A program made the position numbers and the translations under genes. Shown in pieces: positions 19,037-30,010 of a DNA stretch of 64,000 bases. Every line of letters begins with the position of its first letter. The stretch's first letter is position 1. The notes under the pieces are model-generated. The model was not told the origin of the DNA. It saw nothing but the letters and a program-made list of their open reading frames with translations, and did not search any database. Source of the DNA: Planctomycetota bacterium (lineage in GTDB: Bacteria; Planctomycetota; Phycisphaerae; WQYP01); contig JAKBMM010000008.1 of NCBI GenBank assembly GCA_021831565.1, positions 11,964-75,963 on the forward strand. Direction: 5' to 3'.

Positions 19037-20020
19037 TTACTGATAGCCGTTCGGGTGCGCCTGAAACCAGCGCCAAGCCGACTCCACAATTACCTGCAGG
19101 TCGGTAATTTTCGCCTTCCAGTGAAAATCGCGGGCCATGCCCTCGGGCGAGGCGTAAAGCGCCGGCGGGTCGCCGGGTCGGCGCGCGACTTGGCGCGTTG
19201 CGATCTCTTTACCCGTAACTGCTCGGCAGGTGTCGATTACCTCCCGCACGGAATAGCCGCGGCCCACGCCCAGATTGTAAAACAGTCCCCGGCCAGGCTG
19301 GAGATTTTCCAGCAATACCAGGTGTGCCTCGGCCAGGTCCCATACGTGAATATAATCGCGAACGCAGGTGCCGTCGGGCGTGGGGTAATCCGTGCCGAAG
19401 ATTTCCATACAGGGACGCCGCCCCATGGCCACCTGAAGTACAATGGGAAGCAGGTGTGTTTCCGGGCGATGATCTTCACCGATGGTTCCATCGAGCGCCG
19501 CGCCGGCAACGTTGAAGTAACGCGGTGCGGCAAACGCCAGATTTTCCGCTTTGGCCACATCCAGCAGGATGTGTTCCACCATCAGCTTGGATTGGCCGTA
19601 GGGACTTATGGGGCGCTGCGGCATGTCTTCAGTGATGGGGACTTTTTCCGGTTCGCCGTAGGTGGCGCAGGTGCTGGAAAAAACCAGCTTCTTGATTCCG
19701 GCAAGGTGCATCGCATCCAACATGCCGATGGTGTTGGCGACGTTGTTGCGGTAATACTTTCGTGGATCGGACACGCTTTCGTCGACATAGGCGCTGGCGG
19801 CGAAGTGCATGACCGCCTCTATTTTCTCTGCCATGAATACCGCCGCCAGCCGCGCCACGTTGGCGCAGTCCAGCACCACCAATTTCGCCTTCGGATGAAC
19901 CGCCGCGCGATGGCCCATCCCCAGGTTGTCAATGGCGGTGACACGGTGGCCGCGTTCCACCAGCAGCTTGACCGCATGGGACCCGATATAACCCGCACCC
20001 CCAATGACCGCGATATTCAT
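19037..20020 (-). CDS. galE: UDP-glucose 4-epimerase
   Basis: MNIAVIGGAGYIGSH... NAD-binding Rossmann fold with YxxxK, 327 aa. Confidence 0.85.
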   Translation of the reverse strand: MNIAVIGGAGYIGSHAVKLLVERGHRVTAIDNLGMGHRAAVHPKAKLVVLDCANVARLAAVFMAEKIEAVMHFAASAYVDESVSDPRKYYRNNVANTIGMLDAMHLAGIKKLVFSSTCATYGEPEKVPITEDMPQRPISPYGQSKLMVEHILLDVAKAENLAFAAPRYFNVAGAALDGTIGEDHRPETHLLPIVLQVAMGRRPCMEIFGTDYPTPDGTCVRDYIHVWDLAEAHLVLLENLQPGRGLFYNLGVGRGYSVREVIDTCRAVTGKEIATRQVARRPGDPPALYASPEGMARDFHWKAKITDLQVIVESAWRWFQAHPNGYQ

Positions 20021-20224
20021 GAAAGCTCCTTACGTTGGTTACGCGGGCCATAAGATAATTCCCCCTCGGTCAGATGTAAAACGTGCCTGTACGCACAATT
20101 GGCCATGGGCCTTGCGGAATTTGCTCTCCCGTCCGATTGCTCTTATGCTCACGGGCTCGTTGGTCCAGCCGCGTGGCGGACTGTTTGCCGAGCAAGGATG
20201 GCAGGAATTTTTCGAGGTGCATGG

Positions 20225-21676
20225 ATGTACTCGCTCGCCCAACCACGTCGTATACTTACCACTCTCTTTTTTCTTTTGGTTAGCTTAAGCGTCGGATCCA
20301 TTGCCGGGGCGCAATCGCTGGCCGCGCGAATGGCGGCGCTGCTCGCCTCCGGGCAGTTGCGCGGAGCGCAAGTGGGCGTCAACATGGTGGAACTAGGCCC
20401 GCGGGGGCCGGTGCCGGTCTATAGTTATCATCCCGATCTGCCGCTGATGCCGGGCAGCAACGGAAAATTGCTTACCACCGCGGCTGCGTTCGACCGGCTC
20501 GGCCCGCGCGCCGTGCTCAAAACCCGGCTTTACAGCGTCGGTAACGATCTGGTGATCGTGGGGGGAGGCGATCCGGCCCTGGGAGATCCGGTATTGTGCC
20601 AACGGGCCGGTTGGAAAGTCACCACGGTATTCGACCAATGGGCGGCGCGCCTCGCCGCGCTGCGCCGCACGCAATTCCATGATCTGATTGTAGATGATTA
20701 TATATTTAACCATCACTTTGTCAATTACAAGTGGCCGCGCAACGGCGGCCAGAGGCTCGACTGGTACGAAGCCCATGTCGGCGGGCTGAATTTCGCACTG
20801 AATTGCATTCAGTGGGCGCCGACGGTCCATGCCGATGGCGCCATCGGGGTGCGAATCATTCCCTCTTCCAGCTACACGCCGGTAACCATTGAAGCGCGGC
20901 GCGGTCCCGCCCAAAATGTATGGATGTGGCGGGCGCCGGGCCACGACCATTTCTTTCTCCGCGGCCAGGTGCGCCAGACCGGCGATTACCTGATGCAAAC
21001 CACCATTGTCGATCCGGGGCTCTATACCGGCGCGGTACTCCGCCGGTCCCTGGTGAAACACGGCGTGCGGATCACCGGCGTGGTGCGCCGGGGAACGCTG
21101 GCCAATATCTCCGCGACCCTCGGCGCCGATCCGCAACTGTTGGCCACTTATGAAACCCCGCTGCGGGCGATTCTTTACCGCGCCAATACCGACAGCATCA
21201 ACCTCATGGCCGAGGCTCTGTGCAAATTGCTTGGACACGACGCCACCGGGCAGCCGGGCAGTTGGGCCAATGGAACCGCCGCGGTGCGGGCCTACCTCCG
21301 TAAGCTGGGGATCCCAGGAAATCTTGTGCACATGGTCGATGGATCGGGACTTTCCCATGACGATCATATTGCCCCCGCGGCGATTACAACGGTGCTGGCG
21401 CATGTCGCTGGCGAGCGCGACGGCCGCGTTTTTATTGATAGCCTTTGCCGACCCGGTCACGGAACCCTCATCTACCGCTTCCGGGGTTCTCCGGTGGCTC
21501 GCCACGTGCGGGCCAAGGACGGTCATATTGATGGAGCGTCCACTCTCAGCGGCTATCTGTTCGTACACGGACACACTTTTGTCTTTTCGATCATGTGCAA
21601 CTACTATCATGGCAACGTCAACCCATGGCAGGATCAGGTGGTCGAAGCGCTTTATTATTGGGCCGGCGGAAGATAG
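20225..21676 (+). CDS. dacB: D-alanyl-D-alanine carboxypeptidase/endopeptidase (PBP4, S13 family)
   Basis: Signal peptide after MYSLAQ..., SxxK motif SNGKLLTTAAA. The ORF extends to 20099. Confidence 0.75.
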   Translation: MYSLAQPRRILTTLFFLLVSLSVGSIAGAQSLAARMAALLASGQLRGAQVGVNMVELGPRGPVPVYSYHPDLPLMPGSNGKLLTTAAAFDRLGPRAVLKTRLYSVGNDLVIVGGGDPALGDPVLCQRAGWKVTTVFDQWAARLAALRRTQFHDLIVDDYIFNHHFVNYKWPRNGGQRLDWYEAHVGGLNFALNCIQWAPTVHADGAIGVRIIPSSSYTPVTIEARRGPAQNVWMWRAPGHDHFFLRGQVRQTGDYLMQTTIVDPGLYTGAVLRRSLVKHGVRITGVVRRGTLANISATLGADPQLLATYETPLRAILYRANTDSINLMAEALCKLLGHDATGQPGSWANGTAAVRAYLRKLGIPGNLVHMVDGSGLSHDDHIAPAAITTVLAHVAGERDGRVFIDSLCRPGHGTLIYRFRGSPVARHVRAKDGHIDGASTLSGYLFVHGHTFVFSIMCNYYHGNVNPWQDQVVEALYYWAGGR

Positions 21677-21800
21677 TGATCCGAGTGCGCTGGCGGCAGC
21701 CCCATTTTTTCCGTTGATCCCGGCGCGCCGGGATAGACCTTTACCACGCGCCGGAATCAGCCCCGCGGTGGGTTTGGCCAAGTGCCTATCCGAATAACTA

Positions 21801-23111
21801 ATGGATGAACCATCCCAACAACTCGTTGAATTCGTCGTATCCGCCCGTGCTGTCCTGATTGATCCGTGGGAACTGGTTGGGGACGGCGCCGTCGCCATCG
21901 GCGGGGGGAGGATATTGCATCTCGGCCGGCGTCGCGCTGTTCTCCGCCGATTTTCCGGCGTAAAGGAATTCAGCTTCCAATCCCATCTGCTTCTTCCCGG
22001 CCTGGTCAATGCCCATACGCATCTTGAACTGAGTTTTCTGGCCGGAAAAATACCGCCGCCCGCGCATTTTACCGACTGGGTATTGGCGTTGATGGCGGCG
22101 TATCCCCATGCCGCCGGAGCCAGGAAAATTATCGCGGCCGCGGCGCATACCGGCGCCCACCAAAGCATGAAATCCGGCGTCACCACCGTGGGAGATATTT
22201 CCCGTTACGCCGCCATAAGCCGCGCCGCGCTGCGCCGCGGCCCGCTGCGCGTGGTCAGTTTCGGAGAAATCACCGCCTTGGGACGGTCGCGCCGCCGGCT
22301 GGCCGGGCGCCTGCGCCGCGCCGCCGCCGCCACGCTGCAAAGCGATTGGGTTACCATCGGCCTTTCTCCCCACGCGCCTTATTCCGTCGAAGGACCCGCG
22401 CTGAAAAAAATTGTGGAAGTGGCGGAACGTCGCCGGCTTCCGCTGGCAATGCACTTGGCGGAACTCTCCGAAGAACGTGAATTTCTCGCGTCGCTGGGTG
22501 GTCCGCTGGGTTGCCGGTGGGAATTCATGCGGAAAATGAATCTCCTTGATGAACGCATCCCGTTATTTGCCGGCGGACCGCTCGCCTGGGCCGGCCATTA
22601 CGGCCTGTTGAACGCCTCCGTGCCCCTGCTTCTGGCCCACGTCAATTACGTCGATCAGGCCGACCTGGAACTCCTGGCCCGAAGCCGGGCGACGGTGGCG
22701 CTGTGCCCGCGAACCCGCCATTATTTCGGTCACGAGAGTCGTGCCCCCCACCGTTGGCGGGATATGTTGGCGCGGGGAATCAATGTGTGCCTGGCGACCG
22801 ATTCCCTGGCCAGCAATCCCGATCTTTGCGTTCTGCGCGAGGCGCAATTTGTACGACAGCGGGAACCGGATGCGGACGTGCAGGAATTATTCGCCATGCT
22901 TACCACCCGTCCGGCGCGGGCGCTGGGTTTGGAAAATGCCATCGGCCGGCTCGCCCCCGGTTTTCGCGCCGACATGCTTGCGGTCGAAATACCGGCAAAA
23001 GAACCACTCTCTATCCGTTCCGCGCTCGAACGGATCATCCGCGCCGCGCCGCTGCCCGCCGCCGTCTGGATCAACGGCCGGGCGATTTTCGACCGCGCGG
23101 GGGAGCGGTAA
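21801..23111 (+). CDS. Amidohydrolase family protein (chlorohydrolase/deaminase-like)
   Basis: Metal-binding HxH motif LVNAHTHLE, 436 aa. Resembles the MtaD/aminofutalosine-deaminase group; the specific substrate cannot be called. Confidence 0.65.
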   Translation: MDEPSQQLVEFVVSARAVLIDPWELVGDGAVAIGGGRILHLGRRRAVLRRFSGVKEFSFQSHLLLPGLVNAHTHLELSFLAGKIPPPAHFTDWVLALMAAYPHAAGARKIIAAAAHTGAHQSMKSGVTTVGDISRYAAISRAALRRGPLRVVSFGEITALGRSRRRLAGRLRRAAAATLQSDWVTIGLSPHAPYSVEGPALKKIVEVAERRRLPLAMHLAELSEEREFLASLGGPLGCRWEFMRKMNLLDERIPLFAGGPLAWAGHYGLLNASVPLLLAHVNYVDQADLELLARSRATVALCPRTRHYFGHESRAPHRWRDMLARGINVCLATDSLASNPDLCVLREAQFVRQREPDADVQELFAMLTTRPARALGLENAIGRLAPGFRADMLAVEIPAKEPLSIRSALERIIRAAPLPAAVWINGRAIFDRAGER

Positions 23112-23161
23112 TGCCGCTGGCGAGTAGGGCGTGGTTTTCCACCTCCGGCCCCTTATTGGGA

Positions 23162-25099
23162 TCATGAACCACCCCCGGCTGAATCGACGCGTTGCTTGAT
23201 GGCCGCGATGGCCTGCATGATCTGATCGGTCACCATTTGCAGTGTAGCATGGTCGCGGCGCCGGTGGCGCAAATGGCCGAAACGCAGGGGAGCTCCGAAA
23301 TGAACCACAAGGGTCGCCCGCTGGAGAAAATCTCGTGTGATACTCTGGCATGGCCTTGTCCCGCTGATATATACGGGTACCACCGGCGCGCCGGAAAGAA
23401 GGGCCAGCATGGCGATACCGGGCTTGCCAGGCCGGAGAGTATGATCCGCGCTGATGCCGCCTTCCGGAAATACTCCCAACACCGCCTCTTGACGCAAGGC
23501 CCGCAGGGCGGCGCGAACGCTGGTGGCATCGGCGGCGGAGCGATTGACGGGAATACAGCCGATCCAGCGGCAGAGCCGCCCCACGATGGGCCTCTGGTAA
23601 TATTCGCGGGCCACCATGAAACGAATCAGACGCCGCCGGCTGCCGATGATCAGGGCCAGGGGATCAAGCCCGCTGGTATGGTTGGCCGCCACAATCACCG
23701 GGCCGGTCGTGGGAATGCGGCAGGCGCCGGCCAGCCGCCAGCGGTGCCAGAGAGTCAGATAGACGGCGATGATTCGCCGGCCCACCGCCTGGCCCCAGGG
23801 CAGAGAAGGGCGCCGGTAATAAAGCGTCAGCAACCAGATTCCCAGCAAGCTGATCGCTGCACCCGTGGCCAGGATGATGCGGGGTATCCACGCGTCGATA
23901 TGGGGCCAGATCGCCAGGGGAACAGTCGGCGCCAGCAGACCGAAGGTGGTGATTAAATCGCGCGCGCCCATGATGCGGCCGCGGACATAATCGGGGAGCA
24001 GTCGCTGGAGCAGAGTATCGACGCTGATGAACATCACCGCCCCAAACGCGGCCGCCACGATCAATGCCGCCAGCAGCACCGGCCAGGTGGGCGCGAAGTG
24101 CCCCAAAACAAGACCCAGTCCGATCATCACCGTGGCCCAGCCAATGCCCACTTCCTTGGGTATGCCGCGCCGCGCCCGGCTCACGGCGGCGGCGCCGAGG
24201 ATCATGCCGCCGCCGGCTATGCCCATAAACCATCCGAAGTATTTATCAGGCAGATGAAACTGCTTGGTGACGATGGAAGGCAGGCAGTTGAGGACCACCG
24301 CGCTGGACGTGGTGAAGGCCAGCTCCAGGAGAATCGCCTGGAACGGTCGAACGTGGCCGCGGAGATACTTGATCGCGGCGTTCAACTCGGCCCGCAGGCC
24401 GGGGCCGCGCCGCGCCGGTGCGGGGCGGTCCATGCCCGGCGCCATACGCATAGAATATACAAATGTAGCTGATAGAATGTAAGTCGCCGCGTCGGCGTAC
24501 ATGGCGTAATCGAGACGCCAGATGATCAGCAGTGATCCGAGAACAAAACCGATTAAAGTGAAAATAGTGCCGACGACGGAAATGATGGAATTGGCCTGAA
24601 GCAACTCGGTGGGGTGCACAAGATTGGGAAGAATCGCCGCCCGCGCCGGGGAAAACAGTTCCCCGAAGCTCGAAAGCAGCAGCTCGGAACCGAAGAGCAG
24701 CAAGAGCAGCTCGCCCACCGGCAGGTCGCCGCGGTACGCCGCCACCAGCAGCACGGTCCGCGCGACAATTACAATCACCACGCGGGCCAGATCGCAGGTG
24801 ATCATCACCCAGCGGCGGGGCAGCCGGTCCGACACGATTCCGCCCAGCGGCGCCAGCAGCAGAAACGGCAAAAACATAGCCAGGTTCAGTTGGGCGTTCT
24901 GCTGGGCGCCGTACGTCTTGAGCTTGAGGATGACCACGCAGAGCAGTTGGAGCATCACCAGAAAATGGATGCGATCGCCGAGCACCGAAACCACGTAAGC
25001 CAGCCATAGCAGCAGGAAGTTTCTGTTGCGCACCAGCGGTGGGAAGTCTTTGAGCAGGGGCGTATTGGAGGTTTTCTGCAACGCATGGGTCTGAGTCAT
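23162..25099 (-). CDS. MFS transporter fused to a lysophospholipid acyltransferase domain (LplT-Aas-like)
   Basis: N-terminal 12-TM MFS region and a C-terminal PlsC-type domain with NHTSGLD (HX4D) and FPEGG motifs. Start probably MTQTH at about 25099 (ORF extends to 25189). Confidence 0.7.
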   Translation of the reverse strand: MTQTHALQKTSNTPLLKDFPPLVRNRNFLLLWLAYVVSVLGDRIHFLVMLQLLCVVILKLKTYGAQQNAQLNLAMFLPFLLLAPLGGIVSDRLPRRWVMITCDLARVVIVIVARTVLLVAAYRGDLPVGELLLLLFGSELLLSSFGELFSPARAAILPNLVHPTELLQANSIISVVGTIFTLIGFVLGSLLIIWRLDYAMYADAATYILSATFVYSMRMAPGMDRPAPARRGPGLRAELNAAIKYLRGHVRPFQAILLELAFTTSSAVVLNCLPSIVTKQFHLPDKYFGWFMGIAGGGMILGAAAVSRARRGIPKEVGIGWATVMIGLGLVLGHFAPTWPVLLAALIVAAAFGAVMFISVDTLLQRLLPDYVRGRIMGARDLITTFGLLAPTVPLAIWPHIDAWIPRIILATGAAISLLGIWLLTLYYRRPSLPWGQAVGRRIIAVYLTLWHRWRLAGACRIPTTGPVIVAANHTSGLDPLALIIGSRRRLIRFMVAREYYQRPIVGRLCRWIGCIPVNRSAADATSVRAALRALRQEAVLGVFPEGGISADHTLRPGKPGIAMLALLSGAPVVPVYISGTRPCQSITRDFLQRATLVVHFGAPLRFGHLRHRRRDHATLQMVTDQIMQAIAAIKQRVDSAGGGS

Positions 25100-25305
25100 T
25101 ATTTTCCCGCAGGCGACGGTGCAATCGGAATCATTACTGCAAACTTTACCCTTGGAGTTGATTGTCGGCGGCGTTGGTGATTGTTTCAAGACGCGGCTGG
25201 AGTCATGTGCCCCCGCCCACTTTCGTCCCGGCGACCTTTGTGATAAAAATTAACAAGTTTTGTTCCGAATTACTCCCTGGCGGATGGACCGGAGGATCGT
25301 TGTTC

Positions 25306-28300
25306 ATGCCCAAACGAACCGACATTCATAGCATCCTCATCGTCGGTTCCGGCCCCATTGTCATCGGGCAGGGTTGTGAATTCGATTACTCCGGCACACA
25401 GGCCTGCAAGGCCCTCAAAGAAGAGGGGTATCGGATTATTCTCGTCAATTCCAATCCCGCCACCATTATGACCGATCCGGAAATGGCCGACCGTACCTAC
25501 ATTGAGCCGATCACCGTCGAAGCCATCAGCAAGGTCATCGAAAAGGAGCGCCCGGACGCTCTGCTGCCCACTCTGGGCGGCCAGACGGGATTAAACGTAT
25601 CGGTTGCCCTGGCCGATGCCGGCATACTGGAGCGTTTCGGCGTGCGGATGATCGGCGCGACGCGCGAGGCGATTCATCGCGGGGAAGACCGGCGAAAATT
25701 CAAGCGGATCATGGAAGAGATCGGCCTTAAAGTTCCGCACAGCGGTCTGGCTTACAATATGCCCCAGGCCCGGCGGGTGGTGCGGGACACCGGTCTGCCG
25801 TGCATTATCCGGGCGTCCTTTACGCTGGGCGGCACCGGCTCGGGAATCGCCTGGAACATGGAGGAATTTGAAACCCTCGCCCCGCGCGGTCTGGACGCCT
25901 CCATGATCAGCGAAATCCAGATCGATCAGTCGCTGATCGGCTGGAAAGAATATGAGTTGGAAGTGATGCGCGACCGCGCCGACAACGTTGTTGTTGTGTG
26001 CGGCATTGAAAACTTCGATCCCATGGGGGTGCATACCGGTGATTCCATCACCGTGGCGCCCATTCAAACGCTCACCGACAAGGAATACCAGCGCATGCGC
26101 GACGCCGGCATCGCCGTGATTCGCGCGATCGGCGTGGAAACCGGCGGCTCGAACATCCAGTTTGCCGTCAACCCCGATAACGGCCAGATGGTGGTCATTG
26201 AGATGAACCCGCGCGTCTCGCGCTCCTCCGCCCTGGCCAGCAAGGCCACCGGCTTCCCCATTGCCCGCATCGCCGCCAAGCTGGCTGTTGGTTATACGCT
26301 TGACGAACTTCCCAATGATATTACCCGCCGAACGGTGGCGTGCTTTGAACCGTCGATCGATTACGTGGTGGTGAAAATCCCGCGCTGGACGTTCGAGAAA
26401 TTTCCCGACGCCGATGAAACTCTCACTACTCAAATGAAGAGCGTCGGCGAAGCGATGAGCATTGGCCGCACGTTCAAAGAAGCCTTGCAAAAAGGCATCC
26501 GATCAATGGAGGTTAAGCGTTTCGGTTTGGGACTGGATCGCATCGACAAATGGTGGCGGCGGCAGGGCGCCGAAATGACCGCCCCGGCTCCGGCCGCGGG
26601 GGCGCCCCTCGGCGAGAGGGGCGTTATTGTCACTCGCACCGCCGCTATGGAAGAGTCGGCGCGGGAATGGCCCATCCCGGAGGAAATATTGATCCGCAAG
26701 CTTTCTGTACCGTCGCAGGGCCGGATTTATTACATTCGTTACGCTTTCAAAATGGGGCTTTCCATCGATCGTGTGCAGGCGCTGACGAAAATCGACCGTT
26801 GGTTTCTCCGGCAGATTAAGCAACTGATCGATTTTGAAAATGAACTGCTGGCCGGGCGCGCCGCGGCGGCCGACTTCATGGCCGGCCGAAGCGGTGCCGC
26901 GCCGCCGCGGGAATTCACCGATCTTCTGCGCCGCGCCAAGGAATGGGGCTATTCCGACGTGCAACTCGCCACCGTATGGTCGCTGCTTCCCGGACAGATT
27001 CGGGCGATGCGCCAACGCCTGGATATTGAGCCGGTCTATAAACTGGTGGATACATGCGCGGCGGAGTTCGAGGCCGCCACGCCGTACTATTATTCCACCT
27101 ACGAAAAGCCCATCGTCCACTGGCGACCCGACGGCGTCACCAAGCGGGTGGACGACGAAGCACGCATAAGCGAGCGAAAAAAAATCATTATCCTCGGCGG
27201 CGGGCCCAATCGCATCGGCCAGGGCATCGAGTTTGATTACTGCTGCGTGCAGGCCGCGTTTGCCTGCCGGGAGTTGGGACTCGAAAGCGTGATGATCAAT
27301 TCCAACCCGGAAACGGTCAGCACCGACTACGACACCTCCGATCTGCTGTTTTTTGAGCCGCTTACACACGAAGACGTGCTGAACATTGTGGAGCGGCTCA
27401 ACGGCCGTCCGCTCTCCCAGGCCGGCGGCCTGGTGCAGGGCGTGATTGTGCAGTTCGGCGGCCAGACGCCGTTGAATCTCGCCCGCGGTCTCAAGGACGC
27501 CGGGGTGCCCATCATCGGCACCACCGTGGAATCCATCGAGGCCGCTGAGGATCGGGAACAATTCAATCGTCTGATTGTGTCGCTGGGTTTGCGCCAACCG
27601 GACGGCGGCATCGCCCGCAGCGCCGAAGAAGCGCGGAAGGTGGCGGCGGGCATCGGTTATCCGGTGCTGGTGCGGCCGTCTTATGTGCTCGGCGGGCGGG
27701 CGATGGAAATTGTTTCCAATGAAGACCAGTTGGCATATTACATCCGCCATGCCGTGGAAGTCGCCGACGAACACCCCATTCTGATCGATCGCTTCCTGGG
27801 CGACGCGACGGAAGTGGATGTGGACGCCATCGGCGACGGAACCGATTACCGGGTCATCGGTGTGATGGAACACATCGAAGAGGCGGGAATTCACTCCGGC
27901 GATTCGGCTTGCTCGTTGCCGCCCTTCAGCCTGCCGCCGCAGATGATCGAGCAGATTCGCCGCAACACCCTGGCCCTGGCCCGTGCGCTGCGGGTCCGCG
28001 GTCTGATGAACGTGCAGTTCGCCGTCAAGAGCGATACGGTTTACGTGCTGGAAGTGAATCCCCGCGCCAGCCGGACGGTTCCGTTTGTAAGCAAGACCAC
28101 CGGCGTGTCATGGGCGCGCGTCGCCGCCAGAATCATGTGCGGTCAATCGCTGCGGGAGCAGAACCTGCCGTCCGAAGCGGTTCCCCTGCGCCACGTCGCC
28201 GTCAAGGAAAGCGTTTTCCCCTTTAACAAGTTTCCCGGGGTAGACGTGATTCTCGGACCGGAGATGCGCTCTACCGGCGAGGTCATGGGCATCGATCGCA

Positions 28301-28821
28301 CATTCCCGGTGGCTTATGCGAAATCCCAGATGGCCGCCAACTGCAGCCTGCCGCTGCGCGGTACGGTCTACATTTCGGTGCGCGACACGGATAAACAAGC
28401 GATCGTTGAACCGGCGCGCAAGCTGGCCGCGGTGGGTTTCGACCTGATTGGCACCGGCGGAACACACCGGGTTCTTACCGCCGCCGGCATTGCTTGTCGG
28501 CGAATCAACAAAATTCCGGAAGGCCGGCCGAATATCATCGATGCCATCAAGAATCGGCGGGTGGACCTGCTGATCAATACGCCCACCAACAAGGGGCCGA
28601 CCACGGATGAGGGCCGCATTCGTGCGGCGGCGATCTTGTATAAAATTCCGATCATCACCACCGTCACCGGCGCCGCGGCGGCCGCCGCCGCCATCCTGAG
28701 TCTCAAACAGGGCGAGTGGTCGGTCCAGTGTATTCAGGAATATTATGCCGAGATGGCCGAAGCTTCCGCGATTCGCTCCGTCGGCGGTCCCTCTCGGGAA
28801 ACAGTGGAATTTTCGGTTTAA
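25306..28821 (+). CDS. carB: Carbamoyl-phosphate synthase large subunit
   Basis: [30 protein letters not shown]..., two ATP-grasp halves plus an MGS-like domain. About 1171 aa with a roughly 35-aa insertion in the oligomerisation domain and a C-terminal extension. RBS GGAGGA. Confidence 0.9.
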   Translation: MPKRTDIHSILIVGSGPIVIGQGCEFDYSGTQACKALKEEGYRIILVNSNPATIMTDPEMADRTYIEPITVEAISKVIEKERPDALLPTLGGQTGLNVSVALADAGILERFGVRMIGATREAIHRGEDRRKFKRIMEEIGLKVPHSGLAYNMPQARRVVRDTGLPCIIRASFTLGGTGSGIAWNMEEFETLAPRGLDASMISEIQIDQSLIGWKEYELEVMRDRADNVVVVCGIENFDPMGVHTGDSITVAPIQTLTDKEYQRMRDAGIAVIRAIGVETGGSNIQFAVNPDNGQMVVIEMNPRVSRSSALASKATGFPIARIAAKLAVGYTLDELPNDITRRTVACFEPSIDYVVVKIPRWTFEKFPDADETLTTQMKSVGEAMSIGRTFKEALQKGIRSMEVKRFGLGLDRIDKWWRRQGAEMTAPAPAAGAPLGERGVIVTRTAAMEESAREWPIPEEILIRKLSVPSQGRIYYIRYAFKMGLSIDRVQALTKIDRWFLRQIKQLIDFENELLAGRAAAADFMAGRSGAAPPREFTDLLRRAKEWGYSDVQLATVWSLLPGQIRAMRQRLDIEPVYKLVDTCAAEFEAATPYYYSTYEKPIVHWRPDGVTKRVDDEARISERKKIIILGGGPNRIGQGIEFDYCCVQAAFACRELGLESVMINSNPETVSTDYDTSDLLFFEPLTHEDVLNIVERLNGRPLSQAGGLVQGVIVQFGGQTPLNLARGLKDAGVPIIGTTVESIEAAEDREQFNRLIVSLGLRQPDGGIARSAEEARKVAAGIGYPVLVRPSYVLGGRAMEIVSNEDQLAYYIRHAVEVADEHPILIDRFLGDATEVDVDAIGDGTDYRVIGVMEHIEEAGIHSGDSACSLPPFSLPPQMIEQIRRNTLALARALRVRGLMNVQFAVKSDTVYVLEVNPRASRTVPFVSKTTGVSWARVAARIMCGQSLREQNLPSEAVPLRHVAVKESVFPFNKFPGVDVILGPEMRSTGEVMGIDRTFPVAYAKSQMAANCSLPLRGTVYISVRDTDKQAIVEPARKLAAVGFDLIGTGGTHRVLTAAGIACRRINKIPEGRPNIIDAIKNRRVDLLINTPTNKGPTTDEGRIRAAAILYKIPIITTVTGAAAAAAAILSLKQGEWSVQCIQEYYAEMAEASAIRSVGGPSRETVEFSV

Positions 28822-28851
28822 TTAACCCATAATGTCCGACTAGGATGAATC

Positions 28852-29646
28852 ATGCGTAAATTTTTAATCGCCGGCAACTGGAAAATGAACCTCACCGGGG
28901 CGGAAAGTTCACGTCTGGCCCGCGAGTTGGCGGCGCAACTTCCCGCCGGTTGCCCGGCGGAAACAGCGATTATTCCCTCTCTGGTGCATCTGCAAGCGGT
29001 GCGCCGGGAGATTGCCGATACGCCGATCAAGCTTGGAGCCCAGAACGTTTACTGGGAAAAGAAGGGGGCGTTCACCGGTGAAGTAAGCGCGGCTATGCTT
29101 AAAGAAATCGGCGTCGCCTTCGTGCTGGTTGGACATTCGGAGCGGCGGCACATTATCGGAGAAACCGATGCACTCCTGAATAAAAAAACTTGCGCGGTCA
29201 TTGACGAAGGATTGACCGTGATTCTCTGTGTGGGTGAACGGCTCGAAGAAAGACAAGGCAATCAAACGATGGAGGTAATCGGCCGCCAGATTAACGCCTC
29301 TCTGGCTGGTGTAGCGCCGCAAGCGGTGGCTAAAGAACAGGTTGTGATTGCCTATGAGCCGGTTTGGGCTATTGGAACCGGACTGACGGCTACGCCTCGG
29401 CAGGCCCAGGAGGTTCATGCTTTCATCCGCGCTCGCCTGGGCGAACTTTATGGACTGCAAGCGGCCGCGACGATTCGCATTCAATACGGCGGGTCGGTCA
29501 AAAAGACCAACGCGGCGGAACTGTTGTCCCAGCCGGATATTGACGGTCTGCTCGTGGGTGGAGCGAGCCTGGCGGCGGACGAGTTTATCGGAATTGTTCA
29601 GGCCGCGCGAACGGCCAAAACGGACCGTGCGGTCGCAATCGGTTGA
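28852..29646 (+). CDS. tpiA: Triosephosphate isomerase
   Basis: MRKFLIAGNWKMN..., catalytic AYEPVWAIGTG. Confidence 0.9.
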   Translation: MRKFLIAGNWKMNLTGAESSRLARELAAQLPAGCPAETAIIPSLVHLQAVRREIADTPIKLGAQNVYWEKKGAFTGEVSAAMLKEIGVAFVLVGHSERRHIIGETDALLNKKTCAVIDEGLTVILCVGERLEERQGNQTMEVIGRQINASLAGVAPQAVAKEQVVIAYEPVWAIGTGLTATPRQAQEVHAFIRARLGELYGLQAAATIRIQYGGSVKKTNAAELLSQPDIDGLLVGGASLAADEFIGIVQAARTAKTDRAVAIG

Positions 29647-29659
29647 TCCGGAGTTTTTC

Positions 29660-29992
29660 ATGCTCACATCGTTCCTCACCGCTCTTTTCGCCTTGCTTAG
29701 CGTACTGCTGATTCTAATTGTACTGATTCAGCGCGGTCGCGGCGGCGGACTGATCGGCGCCTTCGGCGCCGGTGGCGGCGGGTCGGCTTTCGGCACCAAA
29801 ACCGGCGACGTATTTACCACAGTCACTGTGGTTTTTTTTGTTCTGTTTTTGTTGCTGGCGATCTGGCTCAACTGGCGCGTGCAGGACCACGCCAAACCAC
29901 TGGTCCATACCGCCGTTCCCGTTTCCACTTCCCTTCCTCATGGCAAAGGTGCCGCCGCCGCTCCCGCGGCGCATCGGCCGCCGTCCCGATAA
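29660..29992 (+). CDS. secG: Preprotein translocase subunit SecG
   Basis: LIVLIQRGRGGGLIGAFGAGGGGSAFG; two TM helices; classic tpiA-secG adjacency. RBS GGAG. Confidence 0.8.
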   Translation: MLTSFLTALFALLSVLLILIVLIQRGRGGGLIGAFGAGGGGSAFGTKTGDVFTTVTVVFFVLFLLLAIWLNWRVQDHAKPLVHTAVPVSTSLPHGKGAAAAPAAHRPPSR

Positions 29993-30010
29993 CCCGCAGT
30001 TGGAGCACCC

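Noticed and set aside
19024-19038. Exact 15-mer TTGAGATAGGCTCTT shared with 39625-39639; both copies lie just 3' of minus-strand genes (galE, rnhA)
   Set aside because: A single exact 15-mer match between two sites in 64 kb on both strands is close to the chance expectation (about 1-4 expected in random sequence), and the flanking similarity is weak. The AT-richness makes it slightly less likely by chance, but not enough to call a motif.
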